DNA of 64,000 nt from Vairimorpha necatrix. Taxonomy: Eukaryota. Below, one piece after another: positions 41,485 to 52,835 of this stretch. Position numbers and translations under genes: made by a program. How positions within the stretch are numbered: the stretch's first letter is position 1; each line of letters begins with the position of its first letter. The notes under the pieces were generated by a model. That model searched no databases, was not told the DNA's origin, and saw nothing but the letters and a program-made list of their open reading frames with translations. The stretch covers positions 1,240,001 to 1,304,000 of the forward strand of contig CP142726.1 in NCBI GenBank assembly GCA_036630325.1, written 5' to 3'.

Positions 41485-43239
41485 TTAAATTTTAATGCTC
41501 TTTGTATAAAATTTACCATCGATTTGAACTTTAAATGTAAGTTTGGATAAATTTGTCATATTAAAATCCACAGTTAAATCATTATCATTGATTTTAGCCT
41601 TATCATCAAGTATGTTAACTAATTTTATTTCTGGTGTAACTTTTAGTCTCAATAATTTATCAAATATAACGTATGAAATAAAATGATGATCTGTTATATG
41701 AAAAACTTTTTCTTTAGATCGCGGGTTCATCAAAAATATCCCATTCAAAATAATGAAAAGTATGTCTGTAAAAGAATTAGATTTGTATAATTCGATGTAT
41801 TTATCTTTCAAAGCATCTCTAAAAAAATCAATATTTTCAAATTTACAAATAGTAAAAATCATCTTTTCTAATGTTAAAATTTTTTGATTATACTTTTTTG
41901 AAGTCAAAATATTTAAATGAAAGCTAAAAAGTTCCTCTAATAATTTTTTATCATCAAAATTTTTTGGTAACAATGAATAAAAAAGGTATATAGACGATAT
42001 ACTGGGACTATTAATTATCTTACTGAATAAATCTCTTCTGTATTTTTCAGATAAAACGGATTTAACATCTTTTTTGAAGGCTATTTCTGGATGAACATAA
42101 TACATTTTTACTATAAAGTCTTCATTGGCAAATTTTAGAATTCTGATTAAGATTTCAATAATCAAATCATTTGATTTCGTGTATTCAACAAGGTTTTTAT
42201 CCATTACAAATCTCATTTCTTCTTTTCTTCTAAAAATATCTTTGTAGTTATTTTTATTAATTAACTTTATTATTGTTTCAAAAACGTATTTAACATTTAT
42301 ACCTATTTTTATAGATCTGTTTATAAGTTTATCAGTAAATAAATTGTATTTTCTTGCTATTTTAAAACCTATATATCTTGAATTGGTATTTTTAGAGTCT
42401 ATGAGTCTACAAAGAAAATGCTCTACTTTAGAACTCTTATGTCCCATTAGGATTAGTAGATCACAAATTTCGGCTGATAATCCAATCTCGACTAGAGGTT
42501 TTATTGTGTCTGATGGTGAAATAATATCATTTTGTATTTCTAAAATAAAGGTATCACTTGAAAATAATTTTTGTTCTGAAAATAGTAGCTTATAAATTTG
42601 TATCAGTTTCAATTTTAGATATGAAGATTTTACTGTGCTATATATTGCAATTATAAAAAGTATATCATTATCAGATATTTTTACATCTTCTTTACGACAC
42701 ATTTTATCGTGTAAAATTTGCAATTTTACAAAAATTAAATCATCACTGTTTCCAACCAAAGAAAAAGTGTTGAGATTAGATATTCGTGACTTTGCAATTA
42801 TTCCTTTTGTTATATTTTTATCATTTGAGCTTGAAATGCAAATATAATCTGACAAATCATCGTAAATTTTTTCTTTTACGTTGATATTACATAAAAAATC
42901 TAGAGCTAGTTCCCTATTTTTATGAGATTTTAGATCTTTCATGACTGTATTTACAGTTAATATCAATAAATTGTTATTTTTACACAGCGTAAGACCCAAA
43001 TAACCTGCTCTTTTTACATTATAATCTTCAGACGCACTTGCATTTACAAACATCATAGGATCTATATTGTATTTGTTTATGACGAAATATATTAGAGTTA
43101 GTATTTTAGAATAATTCATATTTTTTTCCGAATAAAGTTTTCGTTGCTCTACAAAAATTTTTTTTGTAGCAGCTTCCTTGTCCAAAGTTCGTAACTCTGA
43201 AATGAAAATAGAAAGAGAAGTATTTTTAGTCAATGGCAT
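41485..43239 (-). CDS. Adaptor protein (AP) complex large subunit, alpha/gamma/delta/epsilon class
   Basis: LSIFISELR, KRAGYLGL, LLILTVNTVMKDL, LALDFL.NI and N.NSRYIG (Adaptin_N pattern). Confidence 0.75.
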   Translation of the reverse strand: MPLTKNTSLSIFISELRTLDKEAATKKIFVEQRKLYSEKNMNYSKILTLIYFVINKYNIDPMMFVNASASEDYNVKRAGYLGLTLCKNNNLLILTVNTVMKDLKSHKNRELALDFLCNINVKEKIYDDLSDYICISSSNDKNITKGIIAKSRISNLNTFSLVGNSDDLIFVKLQILHDKMCRKEDVKISDNDILFIIAIYSTVKSSYLKLKLIQIYKLLFSEQKLFSSDTFILEIQNDIISPSDTIKPLVEIGLSAEICDLLILMGHKSSKVEHFLCRLIDSKNTNSRYIGFKIARKYNLFTDKLINRSIKIGINVKYVFETIIKLINKNNYKDIFRRKEEMRFVMDKNLVEYTKSNDLIIEILIRILKFANEDFIVKMYYVHPEIAFKKDVKSVLSEKYRRDLFSKIINSPSISSIYLFYSLLPKNFDDKKLLEELFSFHLNILTSKKYNQKILTLEKMIFTICKFENIDFFRDALKDKYIELYKSNSFTDILFIILNGIFLMNPRSKEKVFHITDHHFISYVIFDKLLRLKVTPEIKLVNILDDKAKINDNDLTVDFNMTNLSKLTFKVQIDGKFYTKSIKI

Positions 43240-43891
43240 TTGTTTATTATTATTTGGTGCTTTAATACAATTTTGTTTCTGTTTGAAACATTGTGTTTCA
43301 CATGTAAAATATAATTAAATGGTTATAGGTAGCGAATTTTACAACACAGCTTAATGCTATGTATAATTTAATAAAACAATTAAAGCTTTGCATTTAGGTA
43401 GTAAAACATATTAAAAATTCATAATGTAAATTTTTGCAATGCATCAAAATATTATACGTTTTATAAAAAATTTTTATTGCTATAAAACTTTTAATATTGG
43501 CTGAAAATCTACTCTTAAAACACGATTTCGCAAAAGCTCAAATTTAGGCTACAAGTACATTAGTGATGCTTAAAAGGTTTGTTTTTTCTGAAAAGTTTGA
43601 TTATATGTCGCTAAAATTTTACGAAATTATCGTGCTGAAAACAATAATGTATTTTTTTATACCTAATATACTTCATAAGATTCGATTTAAAATATTCTTT
43701 TTGTTGTTATGATAAAACATAATAAAATCAATAATTTTGGTGAGCTTGTATTTCATATCTTGATTTCATTAATAACGTTCGGCGATGTATTTTATTTAAA
43801 TTTTTTTATGTAATTAAAATTTTTTATACATATTTCTTTATATAAATTTGCTTTATTTAGGTATTAAAATTTTTTCATTTTATATTTTAAA

Positions 43892-44605
43892 TCATTTATT
43901 TGCTTTGAGGTTGTTAAATTTTTCACATATATCAATAAACTCGTCTTTTAAAGACATTCCTCCTATCAATAATCCATCAATCTCTTTAATATCATTAATA
44001 GAATCAATGTATTCATAGCTTACCGATCCTCCAAAGATTATTCTTCCTTTGACGTTGATACCATTTGACCATTTTTTAATTTGTTCAACAACTTCTTTGA
44101 TCTCCTCAATCTTGGGGAAAATTCCAGTTCCTATTGACCAAACAGGTTCATATGCAATATCAATTTCTATATCTTTTCCAATTACTGAGAAGAATTGATT
44201 ATAAAGAACTTTTAAATAATCGCCTGTATTTCTTTCTGTAGAAGTTTCTCCAATGCAATAAATTACACGCAAGCCTGCGTTCAGAGCATTTTTTATCTTT
44301 GCAGTCAGTTGATTCGAATCTTCTTTAAGATAAATTCTTCTTTCAGAATGTCCAATTATTACGTATTTTACGTGATTCTCCTTTAAAAATATAGCGGGTA
44401 TTTCTCCTGTGTAGGCTCCTTTGTCGAATTTGCTGCAGTCTTGCGCAGCTATTGAAATGTGAGATTTGTTGTAATTTATTGTTTGTGGTATAAACACGTA
44501 AGGTAGTGCGATTGATATTTCGATATTGTCAAATGTAGATGGTATTTTATTGAAGAGTGTAAAGTTCTTGTTTGCCTTCCAGTTTCCTATTATTATAGGT
44601 TTCAT
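43892..44605 (-). CDS. TPI1: Triosephosphate isomerase
   Basis: GNWK, GAYTGE, IIGHSERR, AYEPVWSIGTG, GGSV and GLLIGG. Confidence 0.97.
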   Translation of the reverse strand: MKPIIIGNWKANKNFTLFNKIPSTFDNIEISIALPYVFIPQTINYNKSHISIAAQDCSKFDKGAYTGEIPAIFLKENHVKYVIIGHSERRIYLKEDSNQLTAKIKNALNAGLRVIYCIGETSTERNTGDYLKVLYNQFFSVIGKDIEIDIAYEPVWSIGTGIFPKIEEIKEVVEQIKKWSNGINVKGRIIFGGSVSYEYIDSINDIKEIDGLLIGGMSLKDEFIDICEKFNNLKANK

Positions 44606-44866
44606 ACATTATGAGTTTTCGGTAAATTAAATAAAAAAGAATGACCAATAAAATTACAGGAAACTCAAGTTTTAAAATGAGTCAAATGATTTTATAAGAT
44701 AGCAAATGTTTCAAAATGACCGTTTTTAATTTAACCAAATAACAAAAACTTAAAATTATAATTAATTTTTTAAATTGATATATCAAAATTCTAATTGAGA
44801 TAGGATTTTATATTATCCAATACTTTTGTTTTTACTTTTTTTTCCAAATTATTTTATCCCCAATAA

Positions 44867-47800
44867 ATGCAAGACATTCTAAACCCAGACAAAGATTTCA
44901 ACGTAACTTTATTTGATGAGATTGTTTTAAATGCAAATGATCCAACATCACCAAGAAAATCAGAAGCAGAAGGGATTCTGTTAAAATTTAAAAAATTAAG
45001 CACATCTTGTACCAAAGTTCATCTTATTTTGCAGTATTCTACATTTCAGCAATCTCATTATGTTGCTTTACAAATTTTAGAAGAAACAGTAAAATCAAAG
45101 TGGTATGTTCTTGACGAAGAAAATAAGCGTAAAATTAGAGAATATGTTTTCCAATTAGTTATTGAGAAAACAAAAGGAAATTGTCAAAATTATGTCATTC
45201 AAGAATTAAATCGAATAATAGTGGAAATAGCCAAAAGAGATTGGCCAAAAAGATGGCCAAATTTTATTTTAGATTTGATCGATGTTTCTACAAATATTTC
45301 AATGGGAGTTTGTAAAAACACATTAGAAATTATAAAAAAACTTAATAATGATATTAATATGAAAGGCGATGATCGAATTTCAACAGTAAAAAGGCGAATT
45401 TTAAAAAATCAAATGAAAATGGAATTTCCTACGATTTTTAATTTTATAAAAAGAATTTTAGAATATTCAAAAGTCAATGCTGTGGATGACATCTTACTTG
45501 AGGCCACTTTATCTACTTTTAGTGGATTAATAAGTTCTATGCCTGTTGATTTTATTTTTTTGACTGATATTGTCGAACTTTTATGTGAGCACATCAATTC
45601 GGCGTACAGCGACACTTGCTTGATTTGTCTTATAGAAATAGTCGACCTTGGAAAAGACAAGACGAATTTTAAAAATGTTAATTTAATAAATGCGAACGAA
45701 GAAAAAATATGGATAATTTTTACAAGCGCATTTCAATTCTTAGAATCGTACATGAAGAAATTTTCCCAGGAAAAAGTTTTCGAAATGTACAGGCACATGG
45801 AATCGCCAGAAAAAAATTTTATTTTCCGAATTTCGCAGCTTTTTGCGTCGATTTTCGAAATTTATACGACATGTTTAGAATATAAAAATATTCAAACAGT
45901 CAGAATTGCCTTAGAGCACATGATTTTATTCTCTAGAATTAATGATTCTAAAATATTTTTGGTGCTTTTTGAGATGTGGAATAAATTTGTATTTGATTTA
46001 TACACAGAATTTCCATTTAATAATAAAGAACCAAGAAGAAATTTAAGAAGATTTGAATATAAAGGTGTTTTAGCACAATTATTAAATTGTCTAGTAGAAA
46101 AAATGCCCAGACCAGAAGAAGTTTTCATAATGGTCGATGAATACGGAGAAATTATAAAAAATAAATTGATAGAAACGGACCAAATTGAATTTTATAAGAA
46201 AATGAAGTCTTGTTTTTACCATTTGGCTTTTTTAATTGAAGATGAAATGAAAAGATATTTTATTTCTAAAACAGGAGCACAATTAGAAGATAAAGAACTT
46301 GACTGGGCGAAAATAAATAGATTGTGTTGGTCCATAGGATGCATTTCCGGCGTATTTACAGAAGAATCAGAGCGAGATTTTTTTGTTTCAGTTTTAAAAT
46401 ATCTTTTAGTTCTTTGTGACATGAGAGAAAAAAGATCGGACAAAGCAGTGATAGCTTCGAATATTATGTTTGTTATTGGACAATTCCATAGATTTTTAGT
46501 CCACAATAAAAGTTTCTTAAAAACAGTAGTGAAGAAACTTTTCGAATTTATGGACGAGTCAAACGAAGGTGTAAAAGACATGGCTTGCGATAATTTTAGT
46601 AAAATCGCTGAAAGATGTCCTAGGGAATTTTTATTACAAAGGGAAAATAATATGATTTTTTTAGTTTATATTTTGGAAAATATTAATGATATAACAAAAT
46701 CTTTGGAATTTTATCAAAAGAGGTTTGTTTATGAAGCAGTTTTGAATATAATTAAAGAAATACCTAGGGAAGAAAACAATAAAGAGACGATTTTGAAAAA
46801 TATTCAGAAATTGATGTTCTCGATTTGCGACATTAATATTTTTTCTGAGGAATATTTTTCAATTTTAGAAAGTCAAATTTCAGAGGTATCAAATTTAAAA
46901 ATGATAATTCACGTCTTGAAATCTCATGCTTTAATTTATAAATTTGTCCCATTTGCCTGCGAGTCGAGCTATGAGACGCTTTTCCCTTTATATTTTAGAC
47001 TGTACGATCTTTGTAATAATTTTATGATTTCTAGTGGAAATTCTGACGTCGTGATAAATTCCAAAGCTGCGAAATCTGCCCTAGTCGAATTATTTATTGA
47101 AATCGTAGACGGGAAATTCGTAAAAGATCTTTTTATTACTCAACTCTGCGAAAAAATAATATTTGATTTTAATAATAACCCGAAATATAAAGATCCAAGT
47201 ATACTTGCCTTGGCTATTAGCATTATAAAAAATATTCAGAGAGAAAACAATATTCAATATGTCCAGATCGAATTATTTTTTATTTCTGCTCTACTTCGGC
47301 CTTCTATTCCGTACGCAATGAAGGCGGACGAAAATCCAGAAATCTCTCTAAATTATCTAAAATTAGTAGAAACTTTTATTGACTCGTCTTTTATAAGTTT
47401 CTATTCTAATATTTACAATAGTGACGTATTTACCCCGATTTATAATTCAATTCTAAATGCAATAACTAGTATGAGAGAAATTTCTGATGTGGCTTTAAAA
47501 ATTTTAATTTCTTTATTTACAAAATGCTTTGAAAATAACCAAATGGCTTTTTTTGCGCAGAATTTTACCATAACAATGGAAAATTTATTAGGTATAATCT
47601 TTGACAAGGACACAAAACATAGTTTTATACTTCAGGTTTCTTTATTATCTTTAATGATCAATATTTCCCAAAGGATTCCGAGTCTAGATGGACAAAATCA
47701 AAATTCATTAGTTCTTTCTAATCACATGTTGTCTTTATTTAGTCAAAATTTCTCGAATATTACGGAAAAAAATTTAAAAATTTTTATTTCTGGACTTTTT

Positions 47801-47947
47801 GAATTATCAAAAAATGAAGAATTTTTTAGAGAACATTTGGAGGATTTTAGTGTTAAAATTTTCGAATTTGGAACTGATGAAGATATAGAAGAAGAAATGG
47901 CATTATTGAATGAAAGGATAGTAAAAAGTCAAGAAACAAAACAATAA
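44867..47947 (+). CDS. CRM1: Exportin-1
   Basis: WPKRWPNFI, MPRPEEV.I..DE.GEI, NRLCWSIG.ISG, KAVIASNIM..IGQ..RFL and GVKDMACDNF.KI. Confidence 0.95.
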   Translation: MQDILNPDKDFNVTLFDEIVLNANDPTSPRKSEAEGILLKFKKLSTSCTKVHLILQYSTFQQSHYVALQILEETVKSKWYVLDEENKRKIREYVFQLVIEKTKGNCQNYVIQELNRIIVEIAKRDWPKRWPNFILDLIDVSTNISMGVCKNTLEIIKKLNNDINMKGDDRISTVKRRILKNQMKMEFPTIFNFIKRILEYSKVNAVDDILLEATLSTFSGLISSMPVDFIFLTDIVELLCEHINSAYSDTCLICLIEIVDLGKDKTNFKNVNLINANEEKIWIIFTSAFQFLESYMKKFSQEKVFEMYRHMESPEKNFIFRISQLFASIFEIYTTCLEYKNIQTVRIALEHMILFSRINDSKIFLVLFEMWNKFVFDLYTEFPFNNKEPRRNLRRFEYKGVLAQLLNCLVEKMPRPEEVFIMVDEYGEIIKNKLIETDQIEFYKKMKSCFYHLAFLIEDEMKRYFISKTGAQLEDKELDWAKINRLCWSIGCISGVFTEESERDFFVSVLKYLLVLCDMREKRSDKAVIASNIMFVIGQFHRFLVHNKSFLKTVVKKLFEFMDESNEGVKDMACDNFSKIAERCPREFLLQRENNMIFLVYILENINDITKSLEFYQKRFVYEAVLNIIKEIPREENNKETILKNIQKLMFSICDINIFSEEYFSILESQISEVSNLKMIIHVLKSHALIYKFVPFACESSYETLFPLYFRLYDLCNNFMISSGNSDVVINSKAAKSALVELFIEIVDGKFVKDLFITQLCEKIIFDFNNNPKYKDPSILALAISIIKNIQRENNIQYVQIELFFISALLRPSIPYAMKADENPEISLNYLKLVETFIDSSFISFYSNIYNSDVFTPIYNSILNAITSMREISDVALKILISLFTKCFENNQMAFFAQNFTITMENLLGIIFDKDTKHSFILQVSLLSLMINISQRIPSLDGQNQNSLVLSNHMLSLFSQNFSNITEKNLKIFISGLFELSKNEEFFREHLEDFSVKIFEFGTDEDIEEEMALLNERIVKSQETKQ

Positions 47948-48096
47948 AGTATTTAAAAAAAAATAAAATGAGTTTATTCAAAAAAAATTTATTTAAAATT
48001 TAAGTTCTGAGATTATTTGCATAAAAAAAATATATTCAACATTTGTAAATTATACGCATCTTTTTATTGATTTTAATAATTTTTTATTTGCTCATC

Positions 48097-48408
48097 TTAT
48101 TCCTTTTCATATTCTTTCATTTCAAAAGCTTTCCTTGCATTTTTAAGTTCTTCATTTGTCATTAATAAATGCTTTACTCTCAAATACTTTTTTCTATCTT
48201 TTTTAATGCAGTAAAGAAGATCTTCAGTCTTGGTTTTTCCTTTTAGTTTGGCCATGTTGTGAGTGTCTACAAGTAAGATAGTCAAATATTCAATTACATA
48301 ATTATGGAGAGTCTCAGTTGTGTCACTTCTTGGGCATGATACATCTCCGTATCCATAGAGCATCATTCTTACTTCTTTAAAAAACGACGACTTTTTTCCG
48401 TCTTTCAT
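48097..48408 (-). CDS. TAF13: TFIID subunit TAF13
   Basis: F.KEVR.MLYGYGD...P..DT, EDL...I.KD.KK..RV..LL..NEELK.ARKAF. Confidence 0.93.
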   Translation of the reverse strand: MKDGKKSSFFKEVRMMLYGYGDVSCPRSDTTETLHNYVIEYLTILLVDTHNMAKLKGKTKTEDLLYCIKKDRKKYLRVKHLLMTNEELKNARKAFEMKEYEKE

Positions 48409-48775
48409 TAAAAGGGTATTATTGATTTATGAAGTGTAGATGAAAAAGCAAGACATATTACATTAAAACAAGAAATACACCTGCTGATAACTTAATAAAT
48501 ATTAAATTAAAATTTGAAATGTATTTAAATTTATCACAACTGCAAATTTGGTCATAAAATTAAGAAGAAAGACTCTTTAAGCATTTTAAAATCAATATTT
48601 TATTTCTCACTTTGTTTATTTATACAAACAAATTGACAGTTGGTTTATGCAAACTTAAAAAAACTATAAATAGAGAAAAAACAGCATAAAATTAAGTAAA
48701 TCAAAAGATGATATTTTTTATAATTTCATATTTTTGGTATAAAAAAAGATTTTCTTTTGATCTGTTAACCCATCG

Positions 48776-50977
48776 ATGGATAAAAAAGTTGACGAAATGG
48801 CGAACTCCGTGAAAAACGAAACAGTCAATGATTTACTCAACTTTCTTAATTCGAATTACAAACAAACACCAAAAGAAAAAAGTGCCTGGGACTACGTTGT
48901 CAAAATGGACAACATTTCTCAGCCGCCTTTAATACCATCAGTATCAAATCCAATAATTCTCTATAAAGATAATGAAACTTTTTTTTCATTTGATGGTAGG
49001 ACATTATTTTTTGATAAGAATTATTCAGATTTTTATGTTTTTATGCCTTTTGCTATTAAAAATGCTTGTATTGTAAATTTTAAAGAAGGAGAAGCTAATA
49101 AAAAGAAATCTGTTATTGTTACACTTGATACTCAGAATAAGTTGACTTATTCTTGTATTAAAGGTCATACAATCAATGATCGTAGTGTTATAATTTCGAG
49201 GAATGTCTTACAGATGATTGAAAAGAATAATGAAATATATTATTTATCATTTAAAAAAGATAATTATTTCGTCAATATTGTTACAGAAGACAATGGATTT
49301 TTAAAACCCAGAATAGTAGTGCAAAACTTGACATCAAAATATGGAATGTCTATATTTTTAACTTCAGATAATATTTATTTGTATCAAGACAGATTTATAA
49401 TTTCTACAACAGGGAAAAAATTAAAAATAAAAGGAGACGGCATTTACGAAATATCAAATATGTCGATTATCTACAGTAAAACTAAGACTGGACTGAGATT
49501 TTCATTATGTGACAATAATTTCGTCATAAAAACCGAGCTGTCAATTGAAAGTTCAAGTTTTATTGTAAAGATAATTACACTTGATAATATTTTGTGCTGT
49601 AGAATTGGATCCAAGATAAATTTTATTATTGTAGACGATAAAGAACTTGTTATTGTTAAAGAAATCGACCTTCCTGATAATATTCTTGATTTCTCTGTTA
49701 AACTGGCAGAGGATAAAAATATTTCAGTAAGCTGTTTATTGCAGACCAATGGAAATCTGAATGATGTAGAAGAAAATAATTCAACAAATTTAAAAGAAAG
49801 TGCCTTAGAAAAGACACAAATTAAAAGAGGCATATCTGACACATTTGATGCTAGTCCAGAGTGTACTTCGAATATGAACGAAGAAACAAGTCTTGATAGT
49901 GAAAAAGACGTGCAGGATGTTTTTGTAATGCCGACACCAAGTCTTAATTCTAAACTTTACAATCCTTCTGAGTCCAATTTATCTTATAATTCAGAATATG
50001 AGATTCCAAGCGTAAAACAGAATTTTGATTTGAACATTCAAGACCAAGCGTCGAATTCTTCTGATCCAAATTCCTCTTTGAAATTTGTCAACTTATTTAC
50101 GAATACAGAAAGTAAAAATTCTACTTGTCGACCTGATTGTAATAATTTTCAGATAAATGATTTAGGCTTAGAGAAATATTTATCGACTTTAATAAATAAT
50201 TTCGAGAAAAAGATCGAAGAAAGAGATGAATTTATGAATATCAGAAACTTGAAATTATTAGAAAAATTCACAGAGAAATCCGTGAATTTTATAAAAGACA
50301 TGATAAAATCAGAATTATCAAATTTCGAGAACAAGTTAAATAATTCGATAAATCAGAAATTAAATAATTTTTCAAGAAAAGAAATCAATGAAGAAAAAAT
50401 CCTCGAATTTACTAAAGATTTGATATGTGAAAATTTACTACCTGTGGTTGAAGCTTCTATGGACGAAATGCGTGTTCAAGTTTTGTCAGTTGTGTCAGAA
50501 TTTAAAGAACCCGAATATTTCCAAGAAGTTCGCTCCGCCTTGTCAAATCTCAGCATTTTTGAGTCAATTTCTGAAATTGAAAGAAATGTTCGATCTGGAA
50601 ATATTGATAAATCTGTAGAGTGTGTTTTAAAAGGCACATTTTTCGATATTGAAGAATTGAATAGGGTTATCAGCCCCAAACAACTCGAATTAGTGTCGTC
50701 TAGGAATCTTATGGGTTTTTTAGAGAAATGTGTTTTAATGGCCAATGAGAATTATAAGACTTTTATCGATGATTTAGTTTACAATTCTTTGACTTTTATT
50801 GAGCCAGAGAATTTGACTGATGATGAGTTGAGAACTTTGATTATTATTTTGACTCAGATAAAAGATAGTGAAATATTTGTGTCTGAAAATAGTAAGCAGA
50901 TTTTGGTGCTTGTTGATTTTTTGAATTTTAAGATTCCTAAGATTTTATTTAAGAGGCAGAAATCTCTAAAAAATTAA
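48776..50977 (+). CDS. Hypothetical 733-aa protein (possible Edc4/Ge-1-like)
   Basis: Beta-rich N-terminus, S/N-rich linker and helical C-terminus. CCC precedes the ATG. Confidence 0.75.
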   Translation: MDKKVDEMANSVKNETVNDLLNFLNSNYKQTPKEKSAWDYVVKMDNISQPPLIPSVSNPIILYKDNETFFSFDGRTLFFDKNYSDFYVFMPFAIKNACIVNFKEGEANKKKSVIVTLDTQNKLTYSCIKGHTINDRSVIISRNVLQMIEKNNEIYYLSFKKDNYFVNIVTEDNGFLKPRIVVQNLTSKYGMSIFLTSDNIYLYQDRFIISTTGKKLKIKGDGIYEISNMSIIYSKTKTGLRFSLCDNNFVIKTELSIESSSFIVKIITLDNILCCRIGSKINFIIVDDKELVIVKEIDLPDNILDFSVKLAEDKNISVSCLLQTNGNLNDVEENNSTNLKESALEKTQIKRGISDTFDASPECTSNMNEETSLDSEKDVQDVFVMPTPSLNSKLYNPSESNLSYNSEYEIPSVKQNFDLNIQDQASNSSDPNSSLKFVNLFTNTESKNSTCRPDCNNFQINDLGLEKYLSTLINNFEKKIEERDEFMNIRNLKLLEKFTEKSVNFIKDMIKSELSNFENKLNNSINQKLNNFSRKEINEEKILEFTKDLICENLLPVVEASMDEMRVQVLSVVSEFKEPEYFQEVRSALSNLSIFESISEIERNVRSGNIDKSVECVLKGTFFDIEELNRVISPKQLELVSSRNLMGFLEKCVLMANENYKTFIDDLVYNSLTFIEPENLTDDELRTLIIILTQIKDSEIFVSENSKQILVLVDFLNFKIPKILFKRQKSLKN

Positions 50978-51144
50978 AAAAAACTAAAAAAAATATTTTA
51001 ATTTTCATTTAAATTTGTTTTTTTTATTATAAAAGCATGCTATATTAACTTGTTAACACATTGTTCTTTATTTTTTTATTAGCACACTGATCTTTATCTA
51101 TTTTTTCGACTTCTAAAAAGTGGTTTTTAAATTTACCCCTCAAA

Positions 51145-51348
51145 ATGTTTGAAAGAAGAATTTGCTCATTTACAAAAAGGCCTATTGCCAGTTCAGATAA
51201 ATCTAGTGTCCAAATTACACTAGCAGATATAGACGAAAATGGCAGATTACTAAACACTATCTCTACTTATGATGTCTGCGGCGTAGTTAGAAGAAATGGT
51301 CTCTCTGATGGATATTTAACTGACAAGATCTTTGGTGAAGAATATTAA
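51145..51348 (+). CDS. RPS21: 40S ribosomal protein S21 (eS21), N-terminally shortened
   Basis: R.CS.T.R.I...D..SVQI..A..DENGR and CG.VRR.G.SD. Confidence 0.93.
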
Positions 51349-51377
51349 ATAAATATTTCCCTTTTTTATTTTTACCC

Positions 51378-51938
51378 ATGTCTGACACAGGCTGCCCTAT
51401 TTGTAAAACTGACTCTTATCTCAACCCAGAGATGGTCTTGTTTGTCAGTCCATGTTTTCATAAAATGTGCGAGTCGTGTCTCATTCGTCATTTTATCAAT
51501 GGCATAAATAAATGTCCTGAGTGCGGGATCGAGCTCAGGAAGATTAATTATATGTCTTCTACATTTGAAGATATAGAAGTGGAGAAAGAGTGTCGAATAA
51601 GGAGACAGATTGATAGATATATAAAAAACGAGGAAGAGTTTAAAGATCCAGTAGAATATAATGACTATTTAGAAGAGATAGAAAATCTGGTATTTGAACT
51701 TGTAAAATATAAAAGCGACTCGCAAATTAAAAAGAGAATTAGCGAGTTAGCAGAAGTAAAAGAACAAGTAAAAGAAGAAACAGCCTTGGAGGAAGAAGAG
51801 GTATTTGAAGTTGACATGTCTATTTCTCCCCTGTATAAAGTGCAGAGCGATGTTATAATTCCCGGGGATATTCTTGTGCCCAGTGCAAGTGGAGGATTAA
51901 CTAAAGAAATCATAATTTCTTATCTTCTTACGCTTTAA
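51378..51938 (+). CDS. TFB3: TFIIH/CAK assembly factor Tfb3/MAT1
   Basis: RING CPICKTDSYLNP...CFHKMCESC...CPEC, then FED..VEKE..IR and YNDYLEEIE. Confidence 0.95.
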   Translation: MSDTGCPICKTDSYLNPEMVLFVSPCFHKMCESCLIRHFINGINKCPECGIELRKINYMSSTFEDIEVEKECRIRRQIDRYIKNEEEFKDPVEYNDYLEEIENLVFELVKYKSDSQIKKRISELAEVKEQVKEETALEEEEVFEVDMSISPLYKVQSDVIIPGDILVPSASGGLTKEIIISYLLTL

Positions 51939-52121
51939 AAAGATTTAGACTGGGAATTAATTGATAAAGCGAGTAGAATTTATTGAGAATTTTAAAGTCT
52001 AAAAAAAAAATAAAATTTTTACAAAATTAAAAAACCACATATTTATTGATCGAAATTAGTTAAATATTCTCCCAATAAATAAGAAGATATTTTATTACTA
52101 AATAATTTACAATCCTTTAAA

Positions 52122-52631
52122 ATGTTTACTACGATAACTGGGAAAAAACTCAGAATAAAAAAAGACGCCACAGACGACGAGATAAAAGACGCCGTAAATA
52201 ACAAACTAGGAACAGACAGAGACAAAATATTTATATACAAAAATATCATAGGATTCTTTAATTGTAAAGAAGCACAACTTACTAAAGAAAATATTTTCAA
52301 AGAATACGGCGTACCAGACAAAATATTTAATTCTACAGAAAAAAAAGAGGAATTTCTGGATTATAAAAGAGGACGAATTGTCAAAGAAAAAAAGAAAGCG
52401 TCTTTTCTGGGGTGTGCTGACTCAAATTTGACATCTCGAATTTTCAAACATCTTTTGTGTGAAGATGAAGAACAAGAACAAAAACAGGAAGAAGAAGAAG
52501 AAAAGGCTTTTGACATTGAGAAATTAGTAGAAATAGTACAAAATGATAAACAAACACACAAAGTCAGCGAAAAAGACAAGCAACTCATTTGTGATCATAT
52601 GGAAGAAATCGTAGATAGAATATTCCCTTAA
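52122..52631 (+). CDS. Hypothetical protein, 169 aa
   Basis: ORF in the core with a weakly ubiquitin-like N-terminus and an acidic C-terminal half. Confidence 0.7.
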   Translation: MFTTITGKKLRIKKDATDDEIKDAVNNKLGTDRDKIFIYKNIIGFFNCKEAQLTKENIFKEYGVPDKIFNSTEKKEEFLDYKRGRIVKEKKKASFLGCADSNLTSRIFKHLLCEDEEQEQKQEEEEEKAFDIEKLVEIVQNDKQTHKVSEKDKQLICDHMEEIVDRIFP

Positions 52632-52835
52632 TAGAATTTCAATGGAAAAAATTAATTTCAAGATTAGATTTGTCTAAATTTCATTGTTCTAAGCAAATCT
52701 ATAAAATATTGAAAATTTTTAAAACTTTTGCCAATTTTGTTGTAAATCATGCTTACAGATCTATTTTAAAAATATTAAAATTTGGTCTGCTTTTTCAATA
52801 ATAAAATTTTTAAAAAAAACTTAAATTTTTAATCC

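Noticed and set aside
51120-51160. Start-codon-adjacent intron in RPS21
   Set aside because: No GTAAGT after the ATG, and the ORF is continuous.
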